A DNA stretch of 61,265 nucleotides, the filler included, from Sphacelaria rigidula (lineage: Eukaryota): NCBI GenBank assembly GCA_964200075.2. It is 9 parts of 9 records of this genome, joined end to end, with 100 filler letters (N's around TTAATTAATTAA, not from the genome) between each part and the next. Parts side by side here need not be neighbours in the genome. Positions count along the whole stretch, not along the records: positions 20,458 to 27,176 come from CAXNAA020018438.1; positions 27,277 to 33,995 come from CAXNAA020018439.1; positions 34,096 to 40,813 come from CAXNAA020018440.1; 6 more parts are not named here. One strand, given 5' to 3'. The position numbers were made by a program, and so were the translations under genes. This document shows, piece by piece, positions 23,501 to 35,016 of the stretch. How positions within the stretch are numbered: the first letter of the stretch is position 1; the number at the start of each line of letters is the position of its first letter. Under the pieces are notes generated by a model. It was given only the letters and a program-made list of their open reading frames with translations. It ran no database searches and was not told where the DNA came from.

Positions 23501-24482
23501 TACAACAAATAGGGCCTGTGGTAAAACGTGGTGGCGCCGCCGAAACAATCGACGCCTCCATCATCTCCAGCCCGCTTTGGATGCATATCAACCGGATGCG
23601 GCTCACAATCTCGCAACGCGATCGTGAGGACGCTTCGTACGGTACTTTTGTACGTATTATTGGAATCGGAACGCAACCACACATGACTACTGACGACGGA
23701 GTTGACGCCGCGCCCTTAGCTTACATTCCCGACACCTCAAATCATACTTTAGATCATTTCGTCATCGACACTCCGTCGATCCTGATGAAACTGATGCAAA
23801 CACTTTAGACTTCCTCCCGACTGCTGACCTCAACGCCATTGATGTCGCAGGAATACCGCCACATGCCTTGAATTTGAAGTTGAACTCGATCGTCATGATC
23901 ACACGAAATCTAAATTCCAAGCAAGGCTTGGTCAATGGACAAAAGGCAACTGTTCGTGGATTTTCCACGCGTGTTGTCCATGTTGAACTACTTGACGGAC
24001 AATCATCGCTCGTGCTTATTCCCCGAGTATGTTTTGAAACAAAAGTTGGCCGAAATGGAATTACTTTCACGCGACAACAGCTACTGCTTCGTGTATGTTA
24101 CGCACTGACCATCAACAAAAGCCAGGGGCAAACCCTCTCTAAAATTGGACTTGATTTGAGATCTGACGTCTTTACTCATGGCCAACTGTACGTCGCACTC
24201 AGTAGAGCGCAGAGACGATCCGCGATCATGTGCTTAACCTTGCCCTCTCGCTTGCGTGGTCATTTACGGCGGACTGCATTTGTTGCTAACGTTACTTTCC
24301 CCGCCTTCGTCACGGCTGCAAATGACTCTAACACTGCCTCGCTCCTGCTACCGCCGCCATACAATGACTACATCGGATGCATCTCTTCAGATGCAAACAC
24401 TCACGACGCCGACGATCGACGACATCCTCATCAGTGCCATGACAATGGCTGGATTGAGGCCAAAGGAACGCCCGACCGCTGA
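20530..24482 (+). mobile_element. Helitron RepHel gene (HUH endonuclease plus PIF1-family helicase), decayed
   Basis: Rep motifs MTCNGNW, EIQKRGTPHMH and YIYKYINKG. Helicase motifs DAPAGTGKT, IVWDEIPM, GDLQQIGPV, YALTINKSQGQTL and FTHGQLYVALSR. Stops or frameshifts near 21058, 22445, 22772, 23200, 23407 and 23770. Confidence 0.93.
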
Positions 24483-27400
24483 AAATTGTTTCGGATAGTT
24501 TCGAGTTCGTACTCCGGTCGTATGTGCCATAGTTGGTCGCGTTGCGAGTACTGTGTGTCATGTCACTGTCACGATCCCACGTTGCGGCTGTCGTGTGCTC
24601 AACTGTCCTGCTATTTCTGGAGCCTGTTTCGTACAATGGGTCATGTCGGTGATGTTGAATCCGGGGTTGTCCGTGTTTCGGGGGATATCGGTCGCTACTG
24701 TTGGTCGAGTGTTCTATGCTGTTTATGGACGGCTTTCGCACGACGGGATAGTTTGTGATGATGAATCCGTGGTCGTCGTTTACCGTGTTTTGGGGGATAT
24801 CGGTCTCTACTGTTGGTCGATTGTTGTCTTACTTCTTCCGTTTCTCTTATATATCCACTACATTGCGGGTATTGCCTGCTTCGTTGTTGCCCACGACGGA
24901 GGGGGAATGAATATTTTATGCCTTTTCAGTTGCTGTTTCTAGACCCTGTTCCGTACGGTGGGCGTTTCTGCAGTGCAATAGTACTGGACTCATGCTTGCG
25001 AACACTCGTGTGTGTCCATCGCAAGTCTTTGTGTCCCCGGGTATCGGGTTCCTATTTGTTGCTGTGGGTGGAAAACGTAAATGAGCGTCTTCGTATCTGT
25101 TCTTCGACGGTGGAAGTAGTCTTTTGCCCGTTCTACCGTATCGGTACAATCGTCAAAACATCATTAAGCCTCTTCTTCATATCCTGCCCCCGGGACACGG
25201 GTCTCCATAATATGCACACAGCGCAATATACTGCACTTGAAGCTATGATCAGCTCTGTCACCTAATGCGAGCAACGATGACCAGTCCTCATGTACCTTGG
25301 CTATCGATCTCATTGAGCGTGGCAGCGGAAGCCCCCGAACCCCTTATATATATATACATTATGGAAAACTCGTGTGTGGGCGGGTGCGGATATTGCATAC
25401 TCATTTCAGTATAAATCGCCTGAAACATTGCAGGACCACCGCGATTATGCGTTCGTTCAAACGGTCGCGAACGCTTGTGTACCCCCGAACCAACTGTAGC
25501 ACGAATCCGCGAACTGGATCCCTAGCATTGGCATTGGCCCGAACAGTCATCTCCCGGGGCGGGTGCGGAGGGACTTGCACATTTAAATCAGCACTAAAGC
25601 TCGTGGACGCCTCGTTACAAGGTATGCTTGACGCTCGTGAGTTCGAAATATTCCCTCTCTATATATATACTATATGTTGATACGGCATAGTATGTTTGCA
25701 TTGTCTTCGACGAAATCCCTCGCTCGATTCATGATCGAAGATGAGAACCAGCATTCAAAAAGTACCAAGAGTTGGTGCTATGTGGGCTGCCTGATGACTT
25801 TTACTAAGGGTTGCTTTCTTACTGATGATGAGATTCAGCATATACTGGCTGCTTCCGCAGCCAATATGCCGGAGCCTGGCTTGACTACAGGGCAGCTTCC
25901 CGCCAGCGCCAATAATATTATCCAGAGGTTTTAGTGGAATCTGTACGGCCGAAGAAAATGTGCTTTGTCTGCCCGATGCTTTCACGCTCCTCAGGTCTGA
26001 TTATTTATCAACTGGCGAGCTTCTCCGAGAGCTTCCCCACAAGGCGGTTCACCGACAAGGCGGTTCACGGACAAGGCGCTTCAGGCGGTCGGTCTCAGCC
26101 TCCTGGACTCGGATCTTGGCATTCTGCTCCGAAACGAGCTTGTGCAGGGCGTTAACCACCGCTCCGAGGTCTTCTGCCTTAGCCTCGTATCTCCTGAGAC
26201 GCCCGAGTAGCGCTTAGAAACCTACGTCTGACATATGTGGAGAATTTAGACGCTCTTTACCGTGACCACCAAGAAGCGCGGCATGAAGCTCCAGTACAGT
26301 ACAGGTCTGAACTCCAGGACAGTATATAAAGGTATGACACTGCGCACGTACAGTAGTGCATGCGACAACTCTCGGATGAGAAGCATATGCAACTAGTTGT
26401 TAGTGTTCACAGTCGCAGCTGCTGCCGCTAGTAAAACAACTGCGCCAAGAAGCACGAGTACAGTCGACCCCGCTTCAAGGACACCGAAATTGAGGACACT
26501 CCGCGCTGAAAAGGCACTTTTTTTTCGAAAGTATGGTGCCCCCCGCAGATTTGAACATGCAGGGGGGGTACAGTATTACATTTTCACGAAGTGAATTTGG
26601 TTTCTGCTCCGGGTAGAAATCCGACTAACCGTTTTTTTGCGACTCGATTTTTGCGACTTTTTTCATGCTAAATTTTTCCACCCTGAAACCCGTGTTGATT
26701 TCGGTTTTTTTAGGAAACCTTTAAACAGAAACCAAACGCATCTTGCTCCAAGGGGCGCCTATACACACAGAAGCTGCTGCTGCCTACCTAGTATCATCCT
26801 CGAAATCAAAGTCTTGAGTGAGAACGCCCAGCGTGCAGCTGCTTAGCGCGATCACTGCGTTTTGCCATAGACCCTTCCCCACGTACCCGACAAGGGGGCA
26901 ACATGCTCGTACAAACAGTAGCAATCCTAGCGGATCCTACGTCCTGACAGTCTGACAGCCGGCAAGGTGGTTATTGTAGTGTCCTTCTAATGATATCAAC
27001 TTACCGCGAGTAAGTACACTGGAGCAGATGTTGCAGGTGAATATTTCGGCGATTGCCTCACCTGCAGTTCACCCAGATGTCCCGATCCCACTATGTAACA
27101 TTGGTTAGACACCCATGAGGCAGTGTAAAAGCCGTGGCTGTCTCTGGAAGTGGCGATACCACAGAATAAAGCAACTNNNNNNNNNNNNNNNNNNNNNNNN
27201 NNNNNNNNNNNNNNNNNNNNTTAATTAATTAANNNNNNNNNNNNNNNNNNNNNNNNNNNNNNNNNNNNNNNNNNNNCAGCCTCGGAGTTCCTTCGGCACC
27301 AGGACGGCAGTCTCCCCTCGTAGGTCTCTGACCACTCTAGCGATACGCCTTCCTTACATATATAGCAAAAGACCACAATCTCGCGGGGGGAGGAAGGGAG

Positions 27401-27624
27401 CGGGGGTGGGGGCGGCTATAATATACTGGTACATACCGTTTCATTGATTCTCACATCTTGCCGCTATCGTACTTGTAGCATTCTAGCCACGCCATCGCTT
27501 CGTTGCCTTCGCTCATATGTGTGCCAAATAAAATTATTCTCTCATGAAAGATAGTTAATACATTTTTATGTCATAAGAAAAACCTTTTTAAAAATGACAA
27601 TATTGCGGAACTTCCCCGTCTCAC

Positions 27625-27768
27625 CCCTCGTCGCCGCGCCCACTCCTTGACCGCGCGCAGGGTAGTCCTGAAGTTGTTGTGGTTCGGAACGAGATCCAGG
27701 ATGAGCTCCGCTACCCTCACCCCGTTAAGACTACGCACTCCGGCATCGTCCAGGTGTCGCAGGTGCTC
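27625..27768 (-). CDS. PAP: Canonical nuclear poly(A) polymerase, exon (EHLRHLDDAGVRSLNGVRVAELILDLVPNHNNFRTTLRAVKEWARRRG)
   Basis: Matches the conserved PAP segments RSLNG.RV and FR..LR..K.WA.RRG. aacag acceptor, GGG|gtgaga donor; 144 bp. The 3' part of the gene is missing at the contig edge. Confidence 0.92.
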
Positions 27769-28172
27769 CTGTTCCCAAGAGCGTTAATTTGACGGCCATG
27801 CACGCACACAAGTACACATACAGACGTACATACACAGTGCACGAGGGTAATCCGACAGCAACCAAAGCATGTGCGGACGGGGATATCGCGGGTCAAACCA
27901 TCGTGCCGCATCCATCTCTCGATACCCTTCCTTCCCCTCGCGCATTGGCCTTCTACTGCAAGATCGTTTTGGGCGGGAGATACCAGTGGACTACGGACTA
28001 TAATCTCGGTAAAACAGACGTCCAGGCAGGGTCAATGACAGCATGCTGAACCCTGCCGCTGCAAGAAGCCATAAGCCCATCGCACCTCGAACACACTACA
28101 CCCCCCCCGCGCGCGCCTGGACCCCGAACCTCTTTCGAGAAGCAAGGGCTGTATTTCAAGTACTGCACATAC

Positions 28173-28268
28173 CTCGACGTGTACATCGCAGGGAATCGGC
28201 AAGCGCGGGTAGTGCAGAGAGCAAAACAGCATGTCGATGCTCACGCCCTGAGCCTTAAACTTGATGAC
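28173..28268 (-). CDS. PAP: Poly(A) polymerase exon (VIKFKAQGVSIDMLFCSL...), carrying the third catalytic Asp
   Basis: gacag acceptor, GAG|gtatgt donor; 96 bp; phase 0. Confidence 0.9.
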
Positions 28269-29099
28269 CTGTCAAGAATTAATTTGGAAAAAAAAAAAAA
28301 AGGGTCGGAAAGAAAGAAAAGATAACAATAAATAATATTAAAACGAGTCGGACAAATTAATTAGTCGTCTGGAATTTACTTGATGTTAGTGTGATTGATT
28401 TGTGCCGTACGAATCAATCCTTGGGCTTTGTTTTCGGCGTTGCAACCCAGGTGCGCTCAGCCCAGACACGCGGAATGGCGCAAAAGTTGCATAGGACCCT
28501 TTTTGACCATCGGTCGACTTTTTTTCTCTCTTTCGAGCAATCAGGCCTGAAAAATGGTAGATTTGGCGATTCGAACCGGCGAAGATTCGTCCGAACCGTG
28601 AATGTTTTCGTGAGATTGACTGAGACGCGGTCAATTAATGAATGGCATAGTTTGCGTTCCCAAGTGTCCCTCGGGCCTGATACGAGGCCCGATACGCTTC
28701 CTGTGATAGCTTGCTGCTGAAGCCTTTGATATCCCGGAGTAGGATATTGACGTGTAGCTGTGAGCACACGACAGTGTTACAGGCAAAAAAACGGACGCAC
28801 GAAATAAAAAATTAGTCATTGCTAACAGCAAATGAACTTCATTTTATCAGGTGCTGTCCTCTGCTGCATTAGTCGCGTGCGTCCAAGAAGGAGCGTCGCG
28901 TTATGTATACGTCACCCTACACAATACGGGGCTCTTCACGGCCATCCATGACCGCTGGATGTGTTGTTGTTATTCTTTCACCATCATCTTGACTTCGCAT
29001 TCCAGCGATTCATCCTCCTACAGTAGCCGTCCGGCGGTTCAAAACTACACCGCTGACACCAGTATATCTGTACTCTACACACTCTTCTTTTGATTGTCA

Positions 29100-29330
29100 A
29101 ACTTTGAACCCCTCCCCCCTTCCTCGGGACAGGTGCGTGGTCTCATGGGACCAATCAACGCATCCCTCCCCGGCCCGAGCGTTGCATATTGGTCTCGCGG
29201 ATTGGGTAGGCACTCCCGTGAAACAAATTCAGTCAGCCACTTTTTCGTCAACTCACGTACCCAGGCTTTCGACGGTGGAAAATCAGACACTTCGAACAAA
29301 AAAACGAACGCATCGGGAAAACTTCGACGG
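29100..29330 (-). mobile_element. tRNA-derived SINE copy with truncated head, in a PAP intron
   Basis: Collinear with 52655-52968 and 55698-55989 (cttcctcgggac, gtggtctca, ggtctcgcggattgg, gctttc.acggtggaaa, aacgcatcgg). Confidence 0.7.
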
Positions 29331-29409
29331 GGAATCCGAGAAAGAAGCCAAATGTGTGGGCAGAGTAAAATGTAGAGGAAACGAACGGTAAGATAGGGGT
29401 TCAAAATAA

Positions 29410-31038
29410 TTGCAAGGAGAGTTCACGAGAGATGGAATGCAGGAGTGTGTAGATAAGCTCGACGATAAAATGGCAGCAGGCGTAGACGAAATAGTGAATG
29501 AGTGTATGAAGAACGGGGGAGAAAGAATCATCATAATGGTTATGGTGTATAATTGGATCTGGGAAAACGGGTACACACCCAAGAGGTGGAAGGAAAGACT
29601 AGGAGTAAACCATTCCAAGAAAGGAGGAGACAAGGCTAGCCCAGGAAATGATGGAGGGATGACGCTACTGAGCACCACAGGGAAAGCATACTGTAAGGTT
29701 GTGAACGGTAGAGTGGGAGCGATGCTGAAGAAGGAAGAAAAAGTCAGCGAGGGGCGAGCAGGGTTTAGACCAAACCGTAGCTGCATAGACCATGTGTACG
29801 AATTAGGCAAGATTATTCAAGGTAGGAAAGACGCAGGGCTAACACCATACCTTAGAGATCTATGAAACTGTGCTTGGGATGGACACATGAAGAAATTAAT
29901 AGGAAAGGGTAAGGAACGTATAGCCCAGATGGAAGTGGCCCTAAGAAACTCGCACCTACACACTAGGATCAAGACATGTTTTCTGATGAATATGAGTGTA
30001 CCGAAGCTAAAATGCGTACAGGTATGGAAAGGAAGCGCGAAGTTTGTGGGTGAAGCAGCTGGAAACAGTACAGACGACAGCAGCCAAGAAAATATGTGGA
30101 TACTCAAAAACGACAATGTGACGACGGCTAGATCCCTGGGGGGTCACTTGAAGTGCGAAAGTCAATCAAATCGATTCAAGAACGACGAGTGGTACAGCAT
30201 TGAGAGAAAAAATGAGGATGTGCTCACTTCAAACATATGATGGGCATGAGAAAATTGAAATGGCAGTATAATGTAAGGAACATGCCAAAAAAGATATTGC
30301 CAGCCACAGTTGAGAGGGCTGTATTGAAGGACGTGACGGTAGGGCAGGGTGGGAAAAGGTGGGACAGCGTAGTCGAAAAAGTATGGAAGGATGTAGGAGG
30401 AAACCGAGACGAGATAATGTTCATAGGTGAATGAGGGGGGTGCAAGACAAAAGTAATATCATATGAATGAAGCGGAAACTAGCACTGAGGAAGAAAGTGG
30501 GCGAGGAAGAGCGCCCGAAGATATAAGGGGGGTTGAGAGAATGGATAGGGATAAAAACATATCTGCACGGCCCAATGGACTACGCGAAAAAATTGCGAGC
30601 GCGATTTCGGGTGGGGGGCCTGGACCTGCCAGACAGGAGCAGGTATATCAGTAGTCGGGTGGAGGAGGAAGTAAAAGCACAGAATTGCCGGTGGCAAAGC
30701 AATTGAGAGTAGAACTCATAGAGTGCGATAGCGTGAACTATACAAGGAGGGGTGAGACGTATTAGAGAGGGGAATGTGGGAAGTAAACTACTGTGGCATT
30801 AAATAATTCGTTACATTAGACAGTAGTGAGGAAACGATGTCTATACTGGGAAATATATGGTAGCCACAGACGGCGAACGGGGATGGGACAAGATATGTCA
30901 AAGGTTTGTGTTATCTATGGAAGAACCGTAGTGAGCGATGACGGAGGTGTCTCTATCAGGAGTACGGACGGTGCTCCATCTCGAAAGGGATGCAACAGTC
31001 AAATGACTAAGGCAAGCAACGAATGAGTGTGCCCCCCC
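29410..31038 (+). mobile_element. Degenerate, internally deleted LINE (RT N-terminal part through the 3' end, finishing in oligo(C)), antisense within a PAP intron
   Basis: AAGVDEI, KKGGDK..PGN.GGMTLLST.GK.Y and GFRPNRSCIDH resemble non-LTR RT. The 3' end ...gactaaggcaagcaacgaatgagtgtgccccccc matches the minus-strand copies at 47802-48882. Confidence 0.85.
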
Positions 31039-31282
31039 GCCCTTCCCTAGTCACCCCCTGGAAGTAAACCATGGTATTGCCGAGTCAGTCATCATCCAGG
31101 TCGGAATAACTTTGGTCCCTGAGCATACATACCACAGTTTGCACTCATGCAAAATAATGTACCCGACATTTCACGCTTCGGTAACTTGCTAACTTCTACA
31201 TCATCAGGCGCACTCTCATCAATTCTACACCACGGACACCACGAGGGAGTACTTCAGCAACAACAACAAGCGAAACACTCAC

Positions 31283-31430
31283 GGGCGTGTAGGCCTCGGG
31301 TACCGGGAATAGCTCATCGACCTCGGGATGGTCACGAAGCATGCCAACGAAGGTGGAGAAAAAGTCCTCTCGACGGCAGTGTTGCGGGGCCAGGCACAGC
31401 ACGTCGATGTCTGCGTCTGGCGTGTGAACC
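31283..31430 (-). CDS. PAP: Poly(A) polymerase exon with catalytic DxD (VHTPDADIDVLCLAP...PVPEAYTP)
   Basis: aatag acceptor (phase 2), CCC|gtgagt donor; 148 bp; nucleotidyltransferase signature. Confidence 0.92.
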
Positions 31431-31761
31431 CTATTATCGCAAGAACGTGACCGTCAAGAGGCGTTTGTCGTTTTTCAAGGCCGCGCGGGGGAGGACGGGT
31501 GCGCGGGCGAAAGAGCGGCGAGGGTGACGCAGGAGGGACAACGAGTGGATGGAAGGGGAAGGAGGAAGAAGGGCGCGTGTTGGCTGAAGTGGTGTAGGGG
31601 GATAAGCGCGTCGGCGGTGTTAAGGACCCAACACGGGAAACTCAGATTCTACAATGAGAGCAAAAAGGCTGTTTTTGTTTGTCGTTTGTTCCAGCAATCG
31701 AGCTGCCGTTCGTCAATTGGCGTTGTATGGTGTTGAGAATGCAACGCGTGTCTACACAACG

Positions 31762-31763
<2 letters not shown>

Positions 31764-31835
<72 letters not shown>
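31764..31835. repeat. (CA)n microsatellite
   Basis: About 36 perfect CA units. Confidence 0.95.
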
Positions 31836-31840
<5 letters not shown>

Positions 31841-32437
31841 CATACAGGGGATGCGATTGTGGCTCGAGCTGAGGCCTACTGCCGTACGCAATATGCTGCC
31901 GGTATGTAACGATCACAACAACACGCACGAATAGGAGATACAAAAGGCACTGCCGAGGACTCAGGTGAACGAACCACACTTGACCGTTTCAAGTGTACTG
32001 TAGCCCAGACACGCGCCATCATCCACCGACCGAAACAATTCATCTAGAAGAATAGTACTATTAACAACCGGTCGTGTAGCCAGGGTGCACCACACAAGAC
32101 GGTTTCCGAACGAAAGTGACAGAAAAAAGGAGCAAAGGATTCAAGCACTTGATATGACCCTTTTCACGCAAAGAGTGCTTGGTCATCCGAGCTCGCGTTC
32201 GCATGGTGCCCTTCGCTCTGCAAGGAACTCCTCGAGTAGTTTTGTGTACCAACGCGCTGGCAACTTAAGAACCGAGGTTCGCGATCACAGGGACATTCTG
32301 CAGGACGTATAATCACCGCTACTTTTTTTACAGCCGGCCGAATCGTGCTGCTGAGCCCCCCGCGTGTCCCGCGTTTCTCGTGCTCGACCCAGGGTATAAA
32401 TATGGCATCCCCGGGAAAAGCAAATGAAAGCTCTCAC

Positions 32438-32562
32438 CCAAGGTGGTATGATCCGAAGGTTTTGAGGGTCGCTGGAGAAACCTCTTCCCGTAACATACCC
32501 CTCTGCGCCGCCAGCTTGAGGCTCCAGTCCTTCACTAGGCTCAGCAGCATTCGTAGCACCGA
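32438..32562 (-). CDS. PAP: Poly(A) polymerase exon (SVLRMLLSLVKDW...LKTFGSYHLG)
   Basis: ttgtag acceptor, GG|gtgaga donor (phase 2, compatible with the next exon); FGSYxLG motif. The first exon(s) were not identified. Confidence 0.88.
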
Positions 32563-33828
32563 CTACAAGAAGCGGAGGGAACGACAACGGACGTATAGCG
32601 CAAGCGTTCTTTGAGAGGGGGGAACACCCATTGATAACCCGCAAACGTATCTCCGGTAGAGTTTAAATCAACTGATCCACAAAATCCATGGCTGAAGCAC
32701 TTGGTTTTTTCAAGTGTGGCCAGCTACAATCGGTTTGGAGGGAGGCTGATGGACCCAGGTGCCCGCGTAACATGCGCAGGGCACGTTTTCCCTGCCAACA
32801 CACACTTTACGCAGGGCATAATGTCCATCTCCCTTCCCCGACGGTTCTCAGCATGTCTTGAGTTGGGGGTAGAGAGTAGAATTAGCGTTAGCGTTTGGAC
32901 TTGGTGAAAGAGAAATATGTTCAACCTTGGAAATTATCCACCTGCGAAAGGGGGTGTTATCAGGGGTAAGTTGATGAAACTGAGCTACATGCAAGACCAA
33001 GATAGACCCAGATTACCCTTTTCCTTGTTATTTAAATGAAGCGATCTGGCAGCTCTGGCTGATGGGGAGGACTCGAGCACATTTTCATATCTTATCACGT
33101 ACGTACAACATCACGTTTGCTCACTTTTGCAGCCACGGGCTGGTGTGCGAGTGCTTGATGACAACCCCCAGTGCAACTCGGACTGAATATGAGTGATGAC
33201 GGACAACACCGCGCGGTGTCTTGAGCTGTATTGTAGTCTTTGCAGGCGACGCTTGGTGGTTCAACGTCCACACTTCATTGCATGACACATCGCCCCGGTA
33301 CACACAGTCATGCAATGGCCTGTGGTCAGCGCTTGTGGGGTCACTATCACCCATCGTTTCCTTTCCACCCCCACATGCACGGCGGTGCCAGTATTTATTT
33401 CTTGTCCGCAAACCGCTGTACTGCGCCTTGTTTAAATCTGTTTTTCATCTTTCTATATGCAGACAAAACAGACAGTCTGTACCGTTTGTACTGCACACTG
33501 TTCAAAACGTTTTATACACGCTCTTGTATGCAAACAGTACATACTGTACCGTACTGTCTGTACAGCACCTTGTTCACATACTAATTGCTTCAGTACATGG
33601 TTGCAGATACTCCCGCGGGACTGTCAGCTAAAATACTGTACCGAAACGAGCCCCCGTCCTCCAAGGGTCGACATATTTCCAGTGGTCTACGTAGGGTCCA
33701 TCTGAGGGTTGTGGTGCCCAAGGGCTCACGGCTTGCAGCTCCAGCGATCTTTCCTACTATAGCTCTGTCTCACTTGCAGTCTCTATTTGTTCTTGAGTTT
33801 TTTTTTTTCATGTCTAGGTTTTCACGGG

Positions 33829-33995
33829 CACCGTAGGTATCGTAGGTATGACATTTCAAAATACCGGATCGGGCCGGTACGGTAGGTATCGAAATCTCGA
33901 AATACCCTGGTATCGTAGGTATCGTAAGTATGAGTTTCGAGAATACCGGATTGGGCGGGTACGGTAGGTTTTGAAATCTCGAAATACCGTGGTAT
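33829..33995. repeat. Tandem subrepeats at the contig end
   Basis: ggtatcgtaggtat...aataccggat...ggtacggtaggt...gaaatctcgaaatacc present twice. Confidence 0.7.
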
Positions 33996-34397
33996 NNNNN
34001 NNNNNNNNNNNNNNNNNNNNNNNNNNNNNNNNNNNNNNNTTAATTAATTAANNNNNNNNNNNNNNNNNNNNNNNNNNNNNNNNNNNNNNNNNNNNGACGG
34101 TTCAAGCTGAAAACTTGTGATCGAATGCGATCCCCTTCGCGTCCTCAGTGTTGCAAGCTGGCAGTATCCAGGAACATGGATGTATGACCACGTCCACTCC
34201 TTGTGGGATGTACCTATAACGTTGTGCCTTGAGGTCCCCTCTGATGGGAAAACCGTTGACCAAGTACACAGGCCGCTCGATCGCGGACGATAACGGATAT
34301 CACTGGGGTCGACAAGATATATACGTCCGCTCCTCTTCTATGAAGGATCACTGTATTTTTGCGCAGGCCGCTGGTCTGATTGCGAAAATTGCCGAGT

Positions 34398-34522
34398 CCT
34401 TGGGAGCCCAGTGCTGTTTTTTGTGGTTGTTGTGAATCGGCATCAATTTTAGACATTTCAAACTCAAAATAAATGATGCCGATTCACAACAACCACAAAA
34501 ATCAGCATTAGGTTCCCAAAGG
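34398..34522. repeat. Hairpin / mini-MITE with ~48-bp arms
   Basis: tttttgtggttgttgtgaatcggcatca and tgatgccgattcacaacaaccacaaaaa are perfect reverse complements; the outer arms are imperfect. Confidence 0.8.
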
Positions 34523-34537
34523 GTTAGATTTTTTATC

Positions 34538-35016
34538 CATATTGTCTTTCCCTTGCTCAAAAAAATAAATCAAATGACCAACCATCCATCCATCCATCCA
34601 TCCATCCATCATATCTTTCCCTTGCTCAAAAAATAAATCAAATGACCATCCATCCATCCATCCATCCATCCATCCATCCATCCATCCAATTAATTATTTA
34701 ATTAATTAATCAATTAATTAAATATATATATATATTAGTATAATTTAGTAACATGAACAGATCGCCTTGCCCTCTCAGTGCCAAAGAAAGTGGCAGTTGA
34801 TTTTACCGAACAATATGAGTAGATACCTTGTTTATCAGAAGAGTGTTTTTGACCATGACAACAGTTTTTCGGCCCTAGTGCAATGCAAAACCATTAAAAT
34901 AAAATATAAGTTATTAAACTGTAAAAGATATAATTAATTAATTAATTGGATGGATGGATGGATGGATGGTTGGTTGGTCATTTGATTTATTTTTTTGAGC
35001 AAGGGAAAGACAATAT
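34538..35016. repeat. Inverted pair of a short repeat with (CCAT)n/(TAAT)n tail; left copy duplicated
   Basis: atattgtctttcccttgctcaaaaaaataaatcaaatgaccaaccatcc at 34538, again from about 34614, and reverse-complemented at about 34932-35016. A related copy lies at about 11102. Confidence 0.75.

Noticed and set aside
13691..27176. Copia and Helitron as one composite element, or EsV-1-7/PAP/VHS as a gene cluster
   Set aside because: They lie on different contigs separated by artificial linkers.
33121..33411. Possible upstream PAP exon ending at a gtgagc donor-like site
   Set aside because: The peptide does not resemble the PAP N-terminus and the phase does not fit the 32562 exon.
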